From Eledone cirrhosa (Eukaryota): 64,000 nucleotides of DNA. The first letter of the stretch is position 1; each line of letters begins with the position of its first letter. Under the pieces are notes generated by a model. The model made no database searches and was not told the origin of the DNA. It saw nothing but the letters and a program-made list of their open reading frames with translations. Below are positions 56,001-64,000 of this stretch, one piece after another. A program made the position numbers and the translations under genes. Location of the stretch: NCBI GenBank assembly GCA_964016885.1, contig OZ024740.1, positions 432,698,001-432,762,000 of the forward strand, given 5' to 3'.

Positions 56001-59000
56001 GATATGTGACAGAACCACAGAAGCAGTAAGAATGGAGACTTGATATGTGACAGAACCACACAATCAGTAAGAATGGAGACTTGATATGTGACAGAACCAC
56101 AGAATCAGTAAGAATGGAGACTTGATATGTGACAGAACCACAGAAGCACTAAGAATGGAGACTTGATATGTGACAGAAACACAGAAGCAGTAAGAATGGA
56201 GACTTGATATGTGACAGAACCACAGAAGCAGTAAGAATGGAGACTTGATATGTGACAGAACCACAGAATCAGTAAGAATGGAGACTTGATGTGTGACAGA
56301 ACCACAGAAGCAGTAAGAATGGAGACTTGATATGTGACAGAACTACAGAAGCAGTAAGAATGGAGACTTGATATGTGACAGAACTACAGAAGCAGTAAGA
56401 ATGGAGACTTGATATGTGACAGAACTACAGAAGCAGTAAGAATGGAGACTTGATATGTGACAGAACCACAGAATCAGTAAGAATGGAGACTTGATATGTG
56501 ACAGAACCACAGAAGCAGTAAGAATGGAGACTTAATATGTGACAGAACCACAGAAGCAGTAAGAATGGAGACTTGATATGTGACAGAAACACACAATCAG
56601 TAAGAATGGAGACTTGATATGTGACAGAACCACACAATCGGTAAGAATGGAGACTTGATATGTGACAGAACCACACAATCAGTAAGAATGGAGACTTGAT
56701 ATGTGATAGAACCACAGAATCAGTAAGAATGGGGACTTGATATGTGACAGAACTACAGAAGCAGTAAGAATGGAGACTTGATATGTGACAGAACCACAGA
56801 ATCAGTAAGAATGGAGACTTGATATGTGACAGAACTACAGAAGCAGTAAGAATGGAGACTTGATATGTGACAGAACCACAGAATCAGTAAGAATGGAGAC
56901 TTGATATGTGACAGAACCACAGAATCAGTAAGAATGGAGACTTGATATGTAACAGAACCACAGAAGCAGTAAGAATGGAGACTTGGTATGTGACAGAACC
57001 ACAGAAGCAGTAAGAATGGAGACTTGATATGTGACAGAACCACAGAATCAGTAAGAATGGAGACTTGGTATGTGACAGAACCACATAAGCAGTAAGAATG
57101 GAGACTTGATATGTGACAGAACCACAGAAGCAGTAAGAATGGAGACTTGGTATGTGACAGAACCACAGAAGCAGTAAGAATGGAGACTTGATAGGTGACA
57201 GAACCACACAATCAGTAAGAATGGAGACTTAATATGCGACAGAACCACAGAAGCAGTAAGAATGGAGACTTGATATGTGACAGAACCACAGAAGCAGTAA
57301 GAATGGAGACTTGATATGTGACAGAACGACAGAAGCAGTAAGAATGGAGACTTGATATGTGACAGAACCACAGAATCAGTAAGAATGGAGACTTGATATG
57401 TAACAGAACCACAGAAGCAGTAAGAATGGAGACTTGGTATGTAACAGAACCACACAATCAGTAAGAATGGAGACTTGATATGTAACAGAACCACACAATC
57501 AGTAAGAATGGAGACTTGATATGTGACAGAACCATACAAGCAGTAAGAACGGAGGCTTGATATGTGACAGAACCACAGAATCAGTAAGAATGGAGACTTG
57601 ATATGTGACAGAACCACACAATCAGTAAGAATGGAGACTTGATATGTAACAGAACCACACAATCAGTAAGAATGGAGACTTGATATGTGACAGAACCACA
57701 CAAGCAGTAAGAATGGAGACTTGATATGTAACAGAACCACACAATCAGTAAAAATGGAGACTTGATATGTGATAGAACCACAGAAGCAGTAAGAATGGAG
57801 ACTTGATATGTGACAGAACCACACAATCAGTAAGAATGGAGACTTGATATGTGACAGAACCACAGAAGCAGTAAGAATGGAGACTTGATATGTGACAGAA
57901 CCACAGAAGCAGTAAGAATGGAGACTTGATATGTGACAGAACCACAGAATCAGTAAGAATGGAGACTTAATATGTGACAGAACCACAGAAGCAGTAAGAA
58001 TGGAGACTTGATATGTGACAGAACCACAGAATCAGTAAGAATGGAGACTTGATATGTGACAAAACCACAGAATCAGTAAGAATGGAGACTTAATATGTGA
58101 CAGAACCACAGAAGCAGTAAGAATGGAGACTTGATATGTGACAGAACCACAGAAGCAGTAAGAATGGAGACTTGATATGTGACAGAACCACAGAATCAGT
58201 AAGAATGGAGACTTGATATGTGACAGAACCACAGAATCAGTAAGAATGGAGACTTAATATGTGACAGAACCACAGAAGCAGTAAGAATGGAGACTTGATA
58301 TGTGACAGAACCACAGAAGCAGTAAGAATGGAGACTTGATATGTGACAGAACCACAGAAGCAGTAAGAATGGAGACTTGATATGTGACAGAACCACACAA
58401 TCAGTAAGAATGGAGACTTGATATGTGACAGAACCACACAATCAGTAAGAATGGAGACTTGATATGTGACAGAACCACAGAAGCACTAAGAATGGAGACT
58501 TGATATGTGACAGAACCACAGAAGCAGCAAGAATGGAGACTTGATATGTGACAGAACCACAGAATCAGTAAGAATGGAGACTTGATATGTAACAGAACCA
58601 CACAATCAGTAAGAATGGAGACTTGATATGTAGCAGAACCACACAATCAGTAAGAATGGAGACTTGATATGTGACAGAACCACAGAAGCAGTAAGAATGG
58701 AGACTTGATATGTGACAGAACCACAGAATCAGTAAGAATGGAGACTTGATATGTGACAGAACCACAGAAGCACTAAGAATGGAGACTTGATATGTGACAG
58801 AACCACAGAAGCAGTAAGAATGGAGACTTGATATGTGACAGAACCACAGAAGCAGTAAAAATGGAGACTTGATATGTGACAGAACTACAGAAGCACTAAG
58901 AATGGAGACTTGATATGTGACAGAACCACAGCAGCAGTAAGAATGGAGACTTGATATGTGACAGAACCACAGAATCAGTAAGAATGGAGACTTGATATGT

Positions 59001-62000
59001 GACAGAACCACAGAAGCACTAAGAATGGAGACTTGATATGTGACAGAACCACAGAAGCAGTAAGAATGGAGACTTGATATGTGACAGAACCACACAAGCA
59101 GTAAGAATGGAGACTTGATATGTGACAGAACCACAGAAGCAGTAAGAATGGAGACTTGATATGTGACAGAACCACACAATCAGTAAGAATGGAGACTTGA
59201 TATGTAACAGAACTACAGAAGCAGTAAGAATGGAGACTTGATATGTGACAGAACCACAGAAGCAGTAAGAATGCAGACTTGATATGTGACAGAACCACAG
59301 AAGCAGTAAAAATGGAGACTTGATATGTGACAGAACTACAGAAGCACTAAGAATGGAGACTTGATATGTGACAGAACCACAGAAGCAGTAAAAATGGAGA
59401 CTTGATATGTGACAGAACCACAGAAGCAGTAAGAATGGAGACTTGATATGTGACAGAACCATACAATCAGTAAGAATGGAGACTTGATATGTGACAGAAC
59501 CACAGAAGCAGTAAGAATGGAGACTTGATATGTGACAGAACCACACAATCAGTAAGAATGGAGACTTGATATGTGACAGAACCACAGAATCAGTAAGAAT
59601 GGAGACTTGATATGTGATAGAACCACAGAAGCACTAAGAATGGAGACTTGATATGTGACAGAAACACAGAAGCAGTAAGAATGGAGACTTGATATGTGAC
59701 AGAACCACAGAAGCAGTAAGAATGGAGACTTGATATGTGACAGAACCACAGAATCAGTAAGAATGGAGACTTGATATGTGACAGAACCACAGAAGCAGTA
59801 AGAATGGAGACTTGATATGTGACAGAACTACAGAAGCAGTAAGAATGGAGACTTGATATGTGACAGAACTACAGAAGCAGTAAGAATGGAGACTTGATAT
59901 GTGACAGAACCACAGAAGCAGTAAGAATGGAGACTTGATATGTGACAGAACCACAGAATCAGTAAGAATGGAGACTTGATATGTGACAGAACCACAGAAG
60001 CAGTAAGAATGGAGACTTAATATGTGACAGAACCACAGAAGCAGTAAGAATGGAGACTTGATATGTGACAGAAACACACAATCAGTAAGAATGGAGACTT
60101 GATATGTGACAGAACCACACAATCGGTAAGAATGGAGACTTGATATGTGACAGAACCACACAATCAGTAAGAATGGAGACTTGATATGTGACAGAACCAC
60201 AGAATCAGTAAGAATGGAGACTTGATATGTGACAGAACTACAGAAGCTGTAAGAATGGAGACTTGATATGTGACAGAACCACAGAATCAGTAAGAATGGA
60301 GACTTGATATGTGACAGAACTACAGAAGCAGTAAGAATGGAGACTTGATATGTGACAGAACCACAGAATCAGTAAGAATGGAGACTTGATATGTGACAGA
60401 ACCACAGAATCAGTAAGAATGGAGACTTGATATGTAACAGAACCACAGAAGCAGTAAGAATGGAGACTTGGTATGTGACAGAACCACAGAAGCAGTAAGA
60501 ATGGAGACTTGATATGTGACAGAACCACAGAATCAGTAAGAATGGAGACTTGATATGTAACAGAACCACACAATCAGTAAGAATGGAGACTTGATATGTA
60601 ACAGAACCACACAATCAGTAAGAATGGAGACTTGATATGTGACAGAACCACACAAGCAGTAAGAATGGAGACTTGATATGTAACAGAACCACACAATCAG
60701 TAAGAATGGAGACTTGATATGTAACAGAACCACACAATCAGTAAGAATGGAGACTTGATATGTAACAGAACCACACAATCAGTAAGAATGGAGACTTGAT
60801 ATGTGACAGAACCACAGAAGCAGTAAGAATGGAGACTTGATATGTAACAGAACCACACAATCAGTAAGAATGGAGACTTGATATGTAACAGAACCACACA
60901 ATCAGTAAGAATGGAGACTTGATATGTAACAGAACCACAGAATCAGTAAGAATGGAGACTTGATATGTGACAGAAACACAGAATCAGTAAGAATGGAGAC
61001 TTGATATGTGACAAAACCACAGAACCAGTAAGAATGGAGACTTGATATGTAACAGAACCACAGAAGCAGTAAGAATGGAGACTTGATATGTGACAGAACC
61101 ACAGAAGCAGTAAGAATGGAGACTTGATATGTGACAGAACCACAGAAGCAGTAAGAATGGAGACTTGGTATGTGACAGAACCACAGAAGCAGTAAGAATG
61201 GAGACTTGATATGTGACAGAACCACAGAATCAGTAAGAATGGAGACTTGATATGTGACAGAACTACAGAAGCAGTAAGAATGGAGACTTGATATGTGACA
61301 GAACCACAGAATCAGTAAGAATGGAGACTTGATATGTGACAGAACCACAGAATCAGTAAGAATGGAGACTTGATATGTGACAGAACCACAGAAGCAGTAA
61401 GATTGGAGACTTGATATGTGACAGAACCACAGAATCAGTAAGAATGGAGACTTGATATGTAACAGAACCACAGAAGCAGTAAGAATGGAGACTTGGTATG
61501 TGACAGAACCACAGAAGCAGTAAGAATGGAGACTTGATATGTGACAGAACCACAGAATCAGTAAGAATGGAGACTTGCTATGTGACAGAACCAGATAAGC
61601 AGTAAGAATGGAGACTTGATATGTGACAGAACCACAGAAGCAGTAAGAATGGAGACTTGATATGTGACAGAACCACAGAAGCAGTAAGAATGGAGACTTG
61701 ATATGTGACAGAACCACACAATCAGTAAGAATGGAGACTTGATATGTGACAGAACCACAGAATCAGTAAGAATGGAGACTTAATATGTGACAGAACCACA
61801 GAAGCAGTAAGAATGGAGACTTGATATGTGACAGAACCACAGAAGCAGTAAGAATGGAGAGTTGATATGTGACAGAACCACAGAAGCACTAAGAATGGAG
61901 ACTTGATATGTGACAGAACCACAGAAGCAGTAAGAATGGAGACTTGATATGTGACAGAACCACAGAAGCAGTAAAAATGGAGACTTGATATGTGACAGAA

Positions 62001-64000
62001 CCACACAATCAGTAAGAATGGAGACTTGATATGTGACAGAACCACAGAAGCAGTAAGAATGGAGACTTGATATGTGACAGAACCACAGAAGCAGTAAGAA
62101 TGGAGACTTGATATGTGACAGAACTACAGAAGCAGTAAGAATGGAGACTTGATATGTGACAGAACCACAGAAGCAATAAGAATGGAGACTTGATATGTGA
62201 CAGAACCACAGAAGCAGTAAGAATGGAGACTTGATATGTGACAGAACCACAGAAGCAGTAAGAATGGAGACTTGGTATGTGACAGAACCACAGAAGCAGT
62301 AAGAATGGAGACTTGATATGTGACAGAACCACAGAATCAGTAAGAATGGAGACTTGATATGTGACAGAACTACAGAAGCAGTAAGAATGGAGACTTGATA
62401 TGTAACAGAACCACAGAATCAGTAAGAATGGAGACTTGATATGTGACAGAACCACAGAATCAGTAAGAATGGAGACTTGATATGTGACAGAACCACAGAA
62501 GCAGTAAGATTGGAGACTTGATATGTGACAGAACCACAGAATCAGTAAGAATGGAGACTTGATATGTAACAGAACCACAGAAGCAGTAAGAATGGATACT
62601 TGGTATGTGACAGAACCACAGAAGCAGTAAGAATGGAGACTTGATATGTGACAGAACCACAGAATCAGTAAGAATGGAGACTTGCTATGTGACAGAACCA
62701 GATAAGCAGTAAGAATGGAGACTTGATATGTGACAGAACCACAGAAGCAGTAAGAATGGAGACTTGATATGTGACAGAACCACACAATCAGTAAGAATGG
62801 AGACTTGATATGTGACAGAACCACAGAATCAGTAAGAATGGAGACTTAATATGTGACAGAACCACAGAAGCAGTAAGAATGGAGACTTGATATGTGACAG
62901 AACCACAGAAGCAGTAAGAATGGAGACTTGATATGTGACAGAACCACAGAAGCAGTAAAAATGGAGACTTGATATGTGACAGCACTACAGAAACACTAAG
63001 AATGGAGACTTGATATGTGACAGAACCACAGCAGCAGTAAGAATGGAGACTTGATATGTGACAGAACCACAGAATCAGTAAGAATGGAGACTTGATATGT
63101 GACAGAACCACAGAACCACTAAGAATGGAGACTTGATATGTGACAGAACCACAGAAGCAGTAAGAATGGAGACTTGATATGTGACAGAACCACACAAGCA
63201 GTAAGAATGGAGACTTGATATGTGACAGAACCACAGAAGAAGTAAGAATGGAGACTTGATATGTGACAGAACCACACAATCAGTAAGAATCGAGACTTGA
63301 TATGTAACAGAACTACAGAAGCAGTAAGAATGGAGACTTGATATGTGACAGAACCACAGAAGCAGTAAGAATGGAGACTTGATATGTGACAGAACCACAG
63401 AAGCAGTAAAAATGGAGACTTGATATGTGACAGAACTACAGAAGCACTAAGAATGGAGACTTGATATGTGACAGAACCACAGAAGCAGTAAAAATGGAGA
63501 CTTGATATGTGACAGAACCACAGAAGCAGTAAGAATGGAGACTTGATATGTGACAGAACCATACAATCAGTAAGAATGGAGACTTGATATGTGACAGAAC
63601 CACAGAAGCAGTAAGAATGGAGACTTGATATGTGACAGAACCACACAATCAGTAAGAATGGAGACTTGATATGTGACAGAACCACAGAATCAGTAAGAAT
63701 GGAGACTTGATATGTGACAGAACCACAGAAGCACTAAGAATGGAGACTTGATATGTGACAGAAACACAGAAGCAGTAAGAATGGAGACTTGATATGTGAC
63801 AGAACCACAGAAGCAGTAAGAATGGAGACTTGATATGTGACAGAACCACAGAATCAGTAAGAATGGAGACTTGATGTGTGACAGAACCACAGAAGCAGTA
63901 AGAATGGAGACTTGATATGTGACAGAACTACAGAAGCAGTAAGAATGGAGACTTGATATGTGACAGAACTACAGAAGCAGTAAGAATGGAGACTTGATAT
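20077..64000 (+). repeat. 41-bp tandem repeat array (satellite), 1071 full monomers plus a partial one, continuing beyond the right edge
   Basis: Consensus AAGAATGGAGACTTGATATGTGACAGAACCACAGAA(G/T)CAGT, with an abrupt start at 20077. The last monomer starts at 63982: 63982-20077 = 43905 = 1071x41 - 6, matching three observed 39-bp units (~20336, ~22876, ~35097). Confidence 0.99.
37312..50520 (+). repeat. Tandem segmental duplication of 6560 bp (160 monomers) within the 41-bp array
   Basis: Rare variants recur at exactly +6560: CGACAG 37401/43961, GTAGTGAGAA 38311/44871, GATACG ~38945/45505, CAGTATGA ~41223/47783, GTGGCAG ~42353/48913 and TGCCAG 43051/49611. ORF track entries are likewise offset by 6560. 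Confidence 0.9.

Noticed and set aside
20019-63890. Hundreds of hydrophobic minus-strand ORFs (VVLSHIKSPFLLLLWFCHISSLHSYCFCGSVTYQVSILTAS)n
   Set aside because: The reverse complement of the GCAG-type monomer has no stop in any frame, so all three frames give the same 41-aa cycle. The common TCAG variant introduces stops at random. There is no sign of coding constraint.
20077-64000. Similarity to human satellite II/III (GAATGG), a TALE-homeodomain site (TGACAG) in each monomer, and the 7-mer TGTGACA shared in opposite orientation with the 48-bp monomer
   Set aside because: Matches of 6-7 nt are expected by chance between monomers of this size. The two monomers do not otherwise align, and there is no evidence of binding or common origin.
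1-64000. Centromere or telomere assignment
   Set aside because: No (TTAGGG)n tracts or CENP-B box were seen, and function cannot be inferred from tandem structure alone.

Overview
Eukaryotic, almost entirely tandem-repeat DNA. A 48-bp minisatellite/satellite array (~385-390 monomers, 1-~18506, open at the left edge) and an unrelated 41-bp array (1071 full monomers plus a partial one, 20077-64000, open at the right edge) flank a ~1.55-kb unique island. The island holds: (i) a degenerate retroposon 3' terminus directly closing the 48-bp array; (ii) a 5'-truncated RTE-clade LINE (ORF2 C-terminus with GRPRKTW...DRDLWR, a 3' UTR and a (TGA)5 tail) whose 3' UTR carries 2-3 degenerate copies of the 48-bp monomer; (iii) a solo monomer relic; (iv) a candidate 147-bp phase 0/0 exon on the minus strand. 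The main inference is that the 48-bp satellite is a massive expansion of a repeat unit inside an RTE 3' UTR, and that both arrays may lie in giant introns of a minus-strand gene. From memory, the RTE 3' UTR motifs resemble an abundant Octopus (cephalopod) repeat; this was not searched. The long repetitive ORFs in the track are artefacts of the repeats. No CRISPR, rRNA or tRNA was found.
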